Below are positions 17,609-26,754 of a DNA stretch of 58,030 nucleotides, piece by piece. The position numbers were made by a program, and so were the translations under genes. The DNA comes from Gemmatimonadales bacterium (lineage in GTDB: Bacteria; Gemmatimonadota; Gemmatimonadetes; Gemmatimonadales; GWC2-71-9): the NCBI GenBank assembly GCA_038253515.1, contig JBBSHB010000003.1, positions 1-58,030 on the forward strand. Reading direction: 5' to 3'. Under the pieces are notes generated by a model, which had not been told where the DNA came from, ran no database searches, and saw only the letters and a list, made by a program, of their open reading frames with translations. Position 1 is the first letter of the stretch. The number at the start of each line of letters is the position of its first letter.

Positions 17609-18772
17609 TCACCGCACGGTCGAGAGGGCCTCCTCCAGAAGCTCGAGCGTGCGGTCGACAACGATCTCGTCGTGTGCCAGCGAGACGAAGTTGTAGGCCG
17701 AACGCTTGAAGAGAAGGCCGCGATGGGCGGCGGCCGCGGCCAGCCCCCGCGAGGCCGCCTCGTCGCGGAACTGGAGGAAGCACATTTCGGGCAGTCCGCC
17801 GACCCCAGTGACGACCGACGGGTGGCGGGCCGCGAGCCGTTCCAGGCCTGCCAGCAGTCGGGCGCCCACGCGGGACAGGTGACGGGGGACCTCGCGTGCC
17901 ACCATCTCCGCCAGCGTGGCGCGCGCCGCCGCGAGCGCCACCCACTCGGTGGCCAGGGTCGAGGAGATCCAGGTGTGGGCGACGCCGGCCATCACCGCGG
18001 CCCGTCCCCCGACCACGGCGAGGGGAAAGCCGTTCGCGATCGCCTTGCCCAGGACGGCGAGGTCGGGGGCGATGCGATAGCGCTCGGTGCCGCCGCCCAG
18101 CGCCAGACGGCAGACCGTCTTGATCTCATCGACCACGAGCAGCGCGCCGACCCGGTTGGTTTCCTCCCGTAACACGGCGAGCCATTCCGGGTCGGGCTCC
18201 CGCACGATGACGGGCTCGAATACCACTGCGGCCAGCTGATCGCCGGCCGCCCGGATCAGCTCCCGCGCCCGGGCGGCGTCGTTGAACGGGAGGGCGCCAT
18301 AGAGCGCGTGAGTGCCGGCCGGCACTCCGGCCGATTCGACACCCTGGCACCAGTCCAGCCACCCGTGGTATCCGCACCCCAGAACGTACTCGCGGCCGGT
18401 CGCCGCTCGGGCCAGCCGCACGGCCGCCGCCATCGCCTCGGCGCCGGTCTTGAGGAAGCGGGACTGCTCCATCCATGGCAGATGCCGGCGCAGCTCGGCC
18501 GCCACCTCCTCCTCCAGCACCGGCGGAAGCGGACCGACCACTCCCCCCTCCACCGCTTCGATGGCGGCTCGGGTCACGGCCGGGTAGCCGTACCCGAGCG
18601 CCACGGCGCCGAGGCCCATGAGGTAGTCGATGTACTCCCGGCCATCGGCGTCCCAGACCCGGCAGCCGGAGGACCGCGTCATTCGCGATGGAAGGCCCGG
18701 GCCGGGACTCCCGAATAGCGCCTCGGGCCGCTTGCTCGCCGTCGAGGTGAACCCCGCGACCGGTCCGGTCAC
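17609..18772 (-). CDS. Class-III PLP aminotransferase (glutamate-1-semialdehyde aminomutase-like)
   Basis: CRVWDADGREYIDYLMGLGAVALGY, GYHGW and VVDEIKT (PLP lysine region) are present. The GTG start overlaps the upstream stop (GTGA). Confidence 0.85.
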   Translation of the reverse strand: MTGPVAGFTSTASKRPEALFGSPGPGLPSRMTRSSGCRVWDADGREYIDYLMGLGAVALGYGYPAVTRAAIEAVEGGVVGPLPPVLEEEVAAELRRHLPWMEQSRFLKTGAEAMAAAVRLARAATGREYVLGCGYHGWLDWCQGVESAGVPAGTHALYGALPFNDAARARELIRAAGDQLAAVVFEPVIVREPDPEWLAVLREETNRVGALLVVDEIKTVCRLALGGGTERYRIAPDLAVLGKAIANGFPLAVVGGRAAVMAGVAHTWISSTLATEWVALAAARATLAEMVAREVPRHLSRVGARLLAGLERLAARHPSVVTGVGGLPEMCFLQFRDEAASRGLAAAAAHRGLLFKRSAYNFVSLAHDEIVVDRTLELLEEALSTVR

Positions 18773-21504
18773 CCGAGCTCCAGCACTCCGAACGCCGTCT
18801 CGGGCTGACGATCGCCCCGGAGGTAGACCCAGCCCCCGCCGCCACTCCAGACCAACTGCCCCGCACGCCTCAGCCGGTCCGGGCGCATCTCGTTCACCAG
18901 CAGGTCGAACGGGACCCGGTCTCCGCCGCGCACACGCCAGTCGGGAACGCCGATCCCCAGGGTCATCGAGTATCCGGTCCCGGTGCGTTGCCAGGCACCG
19001 GTCACCATCTCCGGAGCGCCGGCGCAGCCGGTCACGGGGTGCACCCGGAGCGAGCCGTCCTCATCGCCCGGCACCACCAGAAATCCATAGACCGGTCCCT
19101 CGCCGTCGGGCCGCAGGTAGACCTGGACTCCGTCCGCGTGGATGTCGTCCAGATCGTTGTCCAGCCGAAGCGCCGGCGCGTCCGAGGCACGGGCGATCAC
19201 CTCGGACTTGACCACGTCGACGCCGAGGTAGAGAGCCGACTCGTCCCAGTTGGCCAGCACCGAGGCCGAGAGCTCCTCCGGTCCGGGGTACGGCTCCTCG
19301 CTTCGACGGTACCGATCCTCGTAGTCGAGCGCCATCGGCTCGCTCGGAGTAAAGCCGTCGAGCGTCCCGTCGAGCGCTGGCGGCTCCGGCGCGTGCGCCG
19401 CGACTCCGTGGGTCACCAGCGGTCGGTCGGGATCGATCAGCGGCTTGGAGACCGCCGGCGGGCACCGGGTGCCGGCCAGGCGCAGGGCGCCGGCGGCGAG
19501 CGCCATCTCCCACTCCTCGCCCCTCGGCACATGGCGGTCCACCCCTTCGGCATGCTCGATCTGGACCAAATCACCCTCCACGCTCACTGAGCGGATGAAT
19601 GGGGCGCCGTCCGTGGGTTCGAGCACCGTGACCAGCCGAGCGTTCCGTCCGTGGGTGCGCACCAGGTAGAAGGTCGATCGTTCCACCTGCCCCGGTCGCC
19701 CGGGGCCAACCGCTCGAACCAGTTGACCACCGCCGAGGTGCAGGTGGAGCGTGATGCCGGCGGACCCGCTCGCATGTGCACGGAGGACGACGGTATCCGC
19801 GGCCCTGCCAGTGAAGCGTTCGGCCGAGCTCACGAACTCATCGGTGAGCCGATCCGCCGTCCAGCCCCCGGCGGAGAGAATCTCCACCGTTCCCTCGAGA
19901 TGCCAGGGAAGCTCGAGCAGGTGCTCCTCGTCGCCGCCCAGCTCCACCAGGTCGAGCAGGTAACGCGGCCCGCTCACCAGCGTGCGTGAGAGCGAGCCAT
20001 AGCTCCCACGGGCCCAGGACCAGGCTTCCCGGACGTCGAAGTTGGTGCAGCGCGCGTCGACCGGAGGCTGGGATGCACCGTCGAGCCGGGGCGCGTTGTG
20101 CGCCAGGCTGGAGCGATACCAGAAGAGGTCGCGATCGACGTACGACCCGGTGCCTGGGTCGGCCAGCCAGTGGCAGCCGCTGGCGTGCAGCGTGAGATGG
20201 AGCCGGTCGGGATGTCCGTGACCTCCGCCGTACGCGCCGCACTCGAGGCTGGCGTAGCGGGTGCCCTCGCGCAGGACGGCGAGCCCCTGCTGCTCCAGCA
20301 GCACCGATCCGGGCGCCCACCGGCCCGTCGCATCGGGCATCGAGGGTGCCATCTCCAGCAGCGACCACCAGGAAAGATCGGCCCGCGTACGAGGCCGGCC
20401 GGGCGATGGCTCTCCCACCTCGTGCAGGTAGGAGTCGAACGGCTGGGCCGGAGGCGCCGGGACCGAGTAGAGCTCCCGGAGCCACTGCCAGAGGTCGGAG
20501 GTGGAGTCGCCCAGGCGGGCGAGACCCACCTCCCAGAGCTCCAGGTACATTGGCTGCGCCAGCGAGACGCCGAAGCGTGAGTCCTTGCGGGCCGGGAAGG
20601 TGTAGTCGGGAAGCGCCGTGATGGCGGGGGCGCGGAGCGCGGCCTGGAGACGGGCGGCCAGTCGCTCGTCGGCGAGCAGATCGACGCCGGTCCATCCGGC
20701 CCATCCGAGCGCGAGGAGCTGGCCGCGCAGGGCGAAGAGATGGTAGTTCTCGCCCTCGAACCACATGCCGTCGTCCCGGAATCCCTGGAGCAGGTGGGCC
20801 AGGATCCCGGTGGGACCCTCGACGGTGCGGGTGGCCAGCTCCTCGTCCTCGAACCAGACCGCGATCGCCGTCAGCGCGGCGTTGTGCCAGGTCTGCCGGT
20901 TGGAGAAGCCCTCGTCGAACTCGCCGATCAGGTTCGCTGCCTCGTCGGCCACCAGGTTCACTCCCTCCGCCGCCTCCGAGGAGAGCTGACCGCTCTCGCG
21001 CAGCAGCACCGCCGCCGCCAGATAGTCGGTGAGCCAGATCGACTCGAGGTAGGTGGAGAAGAAAAGCCGGCTGGGCCCGAGCACGTTGTCCCGGTTGAGA
21101 AAATCCAGGTAGGAGCCGGCGTACTCGGTGAGGATCGCCTGGGCCGCGTTGGCCGCGCCCTGGTGACCGGCGAGCGACGCCAACGTCGCGAGCGTTGCGG
21201 CCCGCTCGGCCAGCCAGAGATGCTGGTAGCGGACCCAGGCGAGGTCGTGTCGCTCACCGGTGAAGCTGCGCCCGCAACCGGGACACCGGTGAACGGAGGG
21301 GCTCCACGGGTCGAAGCCCAGCGCGCTCCGATCCTCCGGGCAGAACCCTCCGTCGGTGGAGAGGAGCGCCTTGGCCCGGGGCACCGGCGGCCGCCGGGCC
21401 AGCAGCGGCGCGGCCCGCTCGGCAAGCCGATTGACCAGGGCGGAGAGGTCGGGCGAAGCGGGCAGCGCCTCGCGCCGGGCCGACAGCTCCGCGGCGGTCA
21501 GCAC
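18769..21504 (-). CDS. Heparinase II/III-like protein with N-terminal Cys4 motif and C-terminal carbohydrate-binding-like (CBM9/DOMON-like) region
   Basis: Track ORF 18769..21702. The probable GTG start at 21504 is 7 nt before the upstream stop. It has CPEDR...CPGC, DGMWFEGENYHLFALRG, and a C-terminal LDGTLDGF...ALYLGVDV...DGVQVYLRP. Confidence 0.7.
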   Translation of the reverse strand: MLTAAELSARREALPASPDLSALVNRLAERAAPLLARRPPVPRAKALLSTDGGFCPEDRSALGFDPWSPSVHRCPGCGRSFTGERHDLAWVRYQHLWLAERAATLATLASLAGHQGAANAAQAILTEYAGSYLDFLNRDNVLGPSRLFFSTYLESIWLTDYLAAAVLLRESGQLSSEAAEGVNLVADEAANLIGEFDEGFSNRQTWHNAALTAIAVWFEDEELATRTVEGPTGILAHLLQGFRDDGMWFEGENYHLFALRGQLLALGWAGWTGVDLLADERLAARLQAALRAPAITALPDYTFPARKDSRFGVSLAQPMYLELWEVGLARLGDSTSDLWQWLRELYSVPAPPAQPFDSYLHEVGEPSPGRPRTRADLSWWSLLEMAPSMPDATGRWAPGSVLLEQQGLAVLREGTRYASLECGAYGGGHGHPDRLHLTLHASGCHWLADPGTGSYVDRDLFWYRSSLAHNAPRLDGASQPPVDARCTNFDVREAWSWARGSYGSLSRTLVSGPRYLLDLVELGGDEEHLLELPWHLEGTVEILSAGGWTADRLTDEFVSSAERFTGRAADTVVLRAHASGSAGITLHLHLGGGQLVRAVGPGRPGQVERSTFYLVRTHGRNARLVTVLEPTDGAPFIRSVSVEGDLVQIEHAEGVDRHVPRGEEWEMALAAGALRLAGTRCPPAVSKPLIDPDRPLVTHGVAAHAPEPPALDGTLDGFTPSEPMALDYEDRYRRSEEPYPGPEELSASVLANWDESALYLGVDVVKSEVIARASDAPALRLDNDLDDIHADGVQVYLRPDGEGPVYGFLVVPGDEDGSLRVHPVTGCAGAPEMVTGAWQRTGTGYSMTLGIGVPDWRVRGGDRVPFDLLVNEMRPDRLRRAGQLVWSGGGGWVYLRGDRQPETAFGVLELG

Positions 21505-22496
21505 GGCTGCACGCCCTCCCGAGCCCAGCGCAACGGCAGCAGCGTCATCCCCAGTGCGCGCGCAGCGTCGGTCGCCGGCCGAAGGTCCTCTCCGCCCAGC
21601 AGGAAGAACATCGATCCTCCGGCGCCGGAGCCGGCGGCCTTGCCTCCGAGCGCGCCGGCGTCGATCATCGCCCGCTCGAGACGGGACATGAGCGGGGTGC
21701 ACATGGCCGGATCGAGCGCCTGCTGGTGGAGCCAGTTCCGGGAGAGGAGCTCGCCGATTCGGGTCAGGTCGCCGGCCCGGAGGGCCTCAGGCATGCGTTC
21801 GGCGGCGGCGCGGAGGCCATCAAGCGCACCTGCGATGGCCGGATCGCCACGCTCGTACGCCTGCATCACCCGGTCGATGGTGGCCCCGGAAAAGCGGGAC
21901 GCGCCCGTGTAGCAGATCAGCATCCGCCGCTGCAGCTCCGTGGCCACATCGGCATCCACGGTCACCTGCTCGACGGCCACCGTGGGGTCGTGGAACTCGA
22001 GCCGCAGAAATCCGCCGAATGCCGCGGCGAACTGATCCTGCCGGCCGCCGGAAATGCCCGCCTCCGCCGCCTCGAGATGACAGGCCAGCTCGGCGATTCG
22101 CCGGCGGTCGGGGTGCTCACCCCTGACGCGACTGAGCGCCGTCACCAGCGCCACGTCGAGTGCGCCGGAGCTGCCGAGACCGGAGCCGTGGGGTGCGTCC
22201 GAACGCGTGATCAGCGTACAGGGACCCACCGGGAGCATCCGAAGGCCGGCGGCCAGCAGGGGCAGCGATCCGCGCGAGGGGAGCATCGAGGCATCGGGCA
22301 CCTCGATCTCCTGCCCCAGGTCCTCGGACACCAGCCGGTAGGAGGAGCCACCCGGCCGCACCTCCGCATGGGCATAGAGCTGGATGGCGGCAGACACCAC
22401 CACACCGCCTTCCCGGGCGGAGTATGGCGGCACGTCGGTCCAGCCGCCGGCGAGGTCGAGCCGGACCGGTGCTGCGGCCCGGACCGACTCGATCAC
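21498..22496 (-). CDS. GHMP-family sugar kinase (HddA/fucokinase-like)
   Basis: GTG start at 22496 (GTGA overlap with the SBP stop). Motifs are APVRLDLAGGWTDVPPY, PHGSGLGSSGALDVALV (GHMP motif II) and GGKAAGSGAGGSMFFL (motif III). Confidence 0.85.
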   Translation of the reverse strand: MIESVRAAAPVRLDLAGGWTDVPPYSAREGGVVVSAAIQLYAHAEVRPGGSSYRLVSEDLGQEIEVPDASMLPSRGSLPLLAAGLRMLPVGPCTLITRSDAPHGSGLGSSGALDVALVTALSRVRGEHPDRRRIAELACHLEAAEAGISGGRQDQFAAAFGGFLRLEFHDPTVAVEQVTVDADVATELQRRMLICYTGASRFSGATIDRVMQAYERGDPAIAGALDGLRAAAERMPEALRAGDLTRIGELLSRNWLHQQALDPAMCTPLMSRLERAMIDAGALGGKAAGSGAGGSMFFLLGGEDLRPATDAARALGMTLLPLRWAREGVQPC

Positions 22497-23947
22497 GGTG
22501 CCACCCACCAGTCGTGCACCGTCGCCAGCTCTCCCCGCAGGTCCATGGTCACTCCGTGTACTCGCCGATTCATTCCCTGGAGTCCGCGCGCGTGGTAGAG
22601 AAACGCCACCGGCACCGAATCCGCGAACCATTGCTGTGCGGCGGCGGGATCGGCCGGCGCCGCGCGGCCGGCCAGTTCCGCCAGCGGCGGCAGATAGCCC
22701 AGCCCGAGATCGCCCGGCACGCCGAGCACCGCGGCCTCGAAGTCGTGCGACGGACCGTAGACTCGACCGAGAAAGGCGGAGAGCTCGAGTTGCCGGATGG
22801 TGACGTCGAATCCGTCCGCCAGCAGACGGCTCTGGACCATCTGCTCCAGCGGCGCCTCTCCACTGCCGACCGTCAGCAACTCGAAGCCGACCGCGTCTCC
22901 CGTCCGGGCCGGCGGCGCCGCACCGGACGCCACAGCGATGGGAAGATAGCCGGGCACCCCGGGAGGAACCGGCCCCTCGGCCGGGGTGCCGAAGCCGTAG
23001 AGATAACCGTCGACGATCTCCCGGCGATCGATTGCCCGATTCAGCCGACGGCGTACCCCGAGGTCGTCGAACGGACGGCGGCGGGTGTTGAGCACGATCC
23101 CGTAGGTCAACAGGACGGGATAACTCAGGACGGCGAGCGCGGAATCGCGACGGACGAAGTCGGCGTGGGCCGGCTGAATGCCCGCGAAGTCGAGCTCGCC
23201 CGCGGCGAGAGCGGCCAGCTTGGTCGTCGGCTCGTCGACCACCACCAGGATGAACCGCTGGAGCCGGGGCGGACCGCCCAGCCGGGCCGGAAAATCCGGA
23301 TTGGCCGCGAAGACCCACCGGCGGTTGGCCTCGTGGGCGACGAAGCGAAAGGGACCGTTGCCGACCGGTGCCGTGTTCCAGGCAGCTTGCCGCAGCCGAT
23401 CGTGCGGCACCGTGTCCAGCAGGTGGGCCGGGAGGATCGCGAGATCGGTGAGCACGTCGGGAAAACGGGGCTGGGGTGTCCTGAAGCGGAGGAGCACGGT
23501 CGAATCGTCGGGCGCGGAGACCGAGTCGACTCCGGCGAGCTCGTTGCTTCGAGGGTAACCGGTCACCGGGTCGCCCGCGGCACGGAGGGTCCAGGCCACG
23601 TCACCCGCCGTCGTCGGTGGACCGTCATCCCAATGCACCGCCGATTCGAGGCGAAAGGTGAGCCGGCGCCGGTCGGCCGACCACTCCCAGCTCCGCGCGA
23701 GGTAGGGGCGCGGAGCCAACGCACTGTCGTACCGGGCCAGCGTCATCAGCAACACGTAGCGCTGGACCTGCCGCGCCAGCGGGTGGATGGTGAGCAGCGG
23801 ATTGATGCTCTGGAGATCGGCGCCGGAGGCGAAGAGCACCGTCGCCCCGCGGCGCGACGCTGACGGCTGACACGCCGCCAGGGCGAGCAAGATGAGCGGT
23901 GACCAGCGCGGGCGACGGGGCACGGCGTAAGGTAAATTGCCCGGCAT
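22493..23947 (-). CDS. ABC transporter substrate-binding lipoprotein, family 5 (peptide/nickel/oligosaccharide type)
   Basis: 484 aa with lipobox LLALAAC and the general SBP_bac_5 pattern (DLQSINPLL..., WDDGPPTTAGDV). It is the first gene of the minus-strand train. Confidence 0.85.
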   Translation of the reverse strand: MPGNLPYAVPRRPRWSPLILLALAACQPSASRRGATVLFASGADLQSINPLLTIHPLARQVQRYVLLMTLARYDSALAPRPYLARSWEWSADRRRLTFRLESAVHWDDGPPTTAGDVAWTLRAAGDPVTGYPRSNELAGVDSVSAPDDSTVLLRFRTPQPRFPDVLTDLAILPAHLLDTVPHDRLRQAAWNTAPVGNGPFRFVAHEANRRWVFAANPDFPARLGGPPRLQRFILVVVDEPTTKLAALAAGELDFAGIQPAHADFVRRDSALAVLSYPVLLTYGIVLNTRRRPFDDLGVRRRLNRAIDRREIVDGYLYGFGTPAEGPVPPGVPGYLPIAVASGAAPPARTGDAVGFELLTVGSGEAPLEQMVQSRLLADGFDVTIRQLELSAFLGRVYGPSHDFEAAVLGVPGDLGLGYLPPLAELAGRAAPADPAAAQQWFADSVPVAFLYHARGLQGMNRRVHGVTMDLRGELATVHDWWVAP

Positions 23948-24899
23948 GTCCCTGCTGGCACACCGCGCGCTCAGCGGCCTCGCCGTCGTCGTCGGGGTAG
24001 TGACCCTGATGTTCTTCCTGCTTCGCCTCGCGCCGGGCGACCCCGCCCTGCTCCTGGTCGGACCGGCGGCGACGGCGGAACAGGTCGCGAGTCAGCGCCA
24101 CGCACTGGGGCTCGACCGGCCGCTGCCCGTGCAGTACGCCGCCTGGCTCGGCCGTTTCGCCCGGGGCGACTGGGGCACCAGCATCGCGACCGGCCGCCCG
24201 GTCCGCGCCATGCTGGGCGAGGCGTGGCCCGCCACCGTGCGGCTCGTCGGCATCTCCCTCGTGCTCAGCTATCTGCTCGGTATCGCCGTGGGCGCGGTGC
24301 AGGCCACCCGGGGCGGCGGCCTGGACGCGGCGCTCTCGGTGGTGAGCGTCGCGCTCTTTGCCCTGCCCGGCTATTGGCTCGGGCTCATGCTGGTCATGCT
24401 CTTCACCTACCGGCTGAAACTGTTGCCGGCCTTCGGCTCGGCGGGCTTCGACGCCGACTTCCTGACCGGATGGGAGCGCCAGGCCGACCGGCTCCGCCAC
24501 CTGGCGCTTCCGCTCGCCACCCTGACGCTGATCGGCATCGGGGGCACGGCGCGGTTCGTCCGCGGCGCCATGCTCGACGTGGCGGGACTGCCCTACGTGG
24601 CCATCGCCCGGGCGAAGGGACTCTCCGAGACCCAGGTCGCGCTGCGCCACGTGCTCCGCAACGCCCTCATCCCGGTGCTGACGCTGCTGGGGCTCTCGCT
24701 CCCGACGCTGTTCTCCGGCGCGGTCTTCATCGAAGCAATCTTCGCCTGGCCCGGAGTCGGCCGAGTCCTGGTGGAGGGCGTCCAGGCCCGTGACTATCCG
24801 GTGGTCATGGCCGCGACCGCCGTGAGCGCGGTGCTCGTCGTGCTGGGGAACTTTCTCGCCGAGCTGCTGGTGAGCTGGGCCGACCCTCGGCTGCGATGA
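23946..24899 (+). CDS. ABC transporter permease (DppB/OppB type)
   Basis: MSLLAHRALSGLAVVVGVVTLMFFLLRLAPGDP is the canonical N-terminus. The EAA-loop region is YVAIARAKGLSETQVALRHVLRNAL. Confidence 0.9.
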   Translation: MSLLAHRALSGLAVVVGVVTLMFFLLRLAPGDPALLLVGPAATAEQVASQRHALGLDRPLPVQYAAWLGRFARGDWGTSIATGRPVRAMLGEAWPATVRLVGISLVLSYLLGIAVGAVQATRGGGLDAALSVVSVALFALPGYWLGLMLVMLFTYRLKLLPAFGSAGFDADFLTGWERQADRLRHLALPLATLTLIGIGGTARFVRGAMLDVAGLPYVAIARAKGLSETQVALRHVLRNALIPVLTLLGLSLPTLFSGAVFIEAIFAWPGVGRVLVEGVQARDYPVVMAATAVSAVLVVLGNFLAELLVSWADPRLR

Positions 24900-25768
24900 G
24901 CCGGAACGGCTCACTCCTGCACGACCGGCGGGCCGCCTTCGGCATCGGTGTGCTCGGCCTCGCGGTGCTGGCCGCGCTCGGCGCGCCGTGGATCGGGGGC
25001 GATCCGGTCTTCCATCGCGACATCGTGACCACCCGGTTCCTGCCGCCGCTGAGCGCCGACCTGGCAGGCACGTTCCACCTGCTCGGGACCGACCGATTCG
25101 GTCGGGACGTGTGGGCCCGGCTCCTGTTCGGCGCCCGGGTCTCGCTCGGCGTGGGCGCGCTCGCGGTGCTCATCTCGGTGCTGCTGGGCGTCGCGGTCGG
25201 CGCCGTGGCCGGCTTCTGGCGCGGGTGGCCGGGGACGGCGTTGCTCGCGCTCACCGACTTCGCCCTGGCGCTTCCCCGGGTGGTCCTCCTCCTGCTGCTC
25301 GCCTCGCTCTGGCAGCCGAGCGCCGGGCTGGTGATCGTGGTGCTGGGGCTGACCGGCTGGATGACGATCGCACGCCTGGTCCATGGCGAGGTGCGGGCGC
25401 TCGCGGTCAGGCCGTTCGTCGAGAGCGCCATCGGGCTGGGCGTTCCGGCGCCGCGAATACTGGTGCGCCACATCCTCCCCAACGCGTTGACGCCGGTCAT
25501 CGTCGCCGCCGCCCTGGGCCTCGGCAATGCGATTCTACTCGAGGCCGGCCTCTCCTTCCTCGGCCTCGGCGTGCAGCCGCCGACGCCGTCGTGGGGAAAC
25601 CTGATCGCCTCCGGCCGGGATACGCTGGTGAACGCACCGTGGGTCGCCACGGCACCAGGGGTGGCGCTGGTGCTGGTCGTGGTAGCGGCCACCCTCCTGG
25701 GGGACGCGGTGCGGGACCGGCTGGATCCGGCCCGGCGGATCCAGACACAGCCGATGGGAAGGATGTGA
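24896..25768 (+). CDS. ABC transporter permease (DppC/OppC type)
   Basis: ATGA overlap with the upstream permease. HLLGTDRFGRDVWARLLFGARVSL and FVESAIGLGVPAPRILVRHILPNAL are present. Confidence 0.9.
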   Translation: MSRNGSLLHDRRAAFGIGVLGLAVLAALGAPWIGGDPVFHRDIVTTRFLPPLSADLAGTFHLLGTDRFGRDVWARLLFGARVSLGVGALAVLISVLLGVAVGAVAGFWRGWPGTALLALTDFALALPRVVLLLLLASLWQPSAGLVIVVLGLTGWMTIARLVHGEVRALAVRPFVESAIGLGVPAPRILVRHILPNALTPVIVAAALGLGNAILLEAGLSFLGLGVQPPTPSWGNLIASGRDTLVNAPWVATAPGVALVLVVVAATLLGDAVRDRLDPARRIQTQPMGRM

Positions 25769-25772
25769 GGAC

Positions 25773-26234
25773 ATGGAGATCCGAACGGCGAGTCGGGAAG
25801 ACCTCGATGCGGTTCGCGCCCTGGTGGCGGAGGCGGCGTTGCCCCAGGAAGGATTGGAGGATCAATTCGGCGGCTGCTACGCGGTGGCGATCGAGTCGGG
25901 TCGGCTGATCGGGGCGGCCGGCGTGGAGCGATACGGAAGGTATGGGCTGCTGCGTTCCGTGGTGGCGGCGCCGGATCGGCGCGGGCGTGGAATCGGTGAG
26001 GCCCTGGTGCGCGATCGGCTGGACTGGGCCGAGCGAGCGGGGGTGGAGGCGGTCTACCTCTTGACCACGACCGCGATGGAATACTTCCCCAAGCTCGGAT
26101 TCGCGCCGGTGGAGCGGGCGGCGGTGCCGGCGGAGATTCGTGACTCACGGGAGTTCAGCAGCGTGTGCCCGGACAGCGCGATGGTGATGCACCACGGGTT
26201 GGCGCGGGCCGGCTCAGGGGGAGCGCGGCGCTAG
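25773..26234 (+). CDS. GNAT N-acetyltransferase, ArsN2-like
   Basis: RRGRGIGEALV (acetyl-CoA site) is present, and the C-terminal YFPKLGFAPVERAAVPAEIRDSREFSSVCPDSAMVM resembles the ArsN2 family tail. It starts 4 nt after the permease stop. Confidence 0.7.
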   Translation: MEIRTASREDLDAVRALVAEAALPQEGLEDQFGGCYAVAIESGRLIGAAGVERYGRYGLLRSVVAAPDRRGRGIGEALVRDRLDWAERAGVEAVYLLTTTAMEYFPKLGFAPVERAAVPAEIRDSREFSSVCPDSAMVMHHGLARAGSGGARR

Positions 26235-26235
26235 G

Positions 26236-26754
26236 TCAGTGGCCAGTCCACTGCGCAGAGTTCAACACCTCGTCTATCCTTTCCTCCAGCCGGCTCAGCG
26301 TCTGAGGCGCACCCGTACACCCGCGGTAGTGCTCGATCCGCTTGGTCAGGCCGTCGAGCGTGACCGAGGTGGTCACGGTGGGAAGGTCCGTGGCAGCGTT
26401 CCCGCAGGCCGGGGATCCAACCACGTATGCCTCCTCGAGGCCGAAGTACCCTCCTGCTTTCAGCTCGGCCAGCAGACTGTCCAGCCGGGCCTTGGATATC
26501 TGGCCGACGGCGGATCCAGGATGCGAGACGTGTGACTTCCCCTCGAACCGCACAGTGCCGCTAGCCGACGCGGTGACCCGATAGACCGGGCACGTTCCGA
26601 AGCAGGGAGTACGCTCGAGCGTCAGCACCGCTGAGTCTGTGGGCGCGGCAGAAGATTGCACGGCGGACACGGGGGCTGAGGCCGGTGACGGGGAGCGGGC
26701 ACACCCGGCGAAGCTCCACGCGAGGACAAGCATTGGGAAGCGCCGCGGCATCAA
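26236..26754 (-). CDS. DUF6438-like lipoprotein
   Basis: It has lipobox SFAGC and TPCFGTCPVYRVTASASGTVRFEG, which matches my memory of DUF6438. Its start overlaps the protease stop by 4 nt. Confidence 0.6.
   Translation of the reverse strand: MMPRRFPMLVLAWSFAGCARSPSPASAPVSAVQSSAAPTDSAVLTLERTPCFGTCPVYRVTASASGTVRFEGKSHVSHPGSAVGQISKARLDSLLAELKAGGYFGLEEAYVVGSPACGNAATDLPTVTTSVTLDGLTKRIEHYRGCTGAPQTLSRLEERIDEVLNSAQWTGH

Noticed and set aside
16616-18172. 518-aa plus-strand ORF, and similar long ORFs at 1113..2393, 10883..12079, 13677..15041, 20740..21912, 22424..23863, 23625..24914, 24805..26148, 27297..28655, 29879..31248, 38832..40199, 44972..47496
   Set aside because: All are antisense or out-of-frame to genes with clear family motifs. 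They show the same shadow-ORF composition.
21505-21702. N-terminal 66-codon extension of the heparinase-like ORF
   Set aside because: It overlaps the 3' end of the GHMP kinase gene out of frame and is Arg-rich. The GTG at 21504 with GGGAGGG upstream fits the coupling pattern of the rest of the operon.
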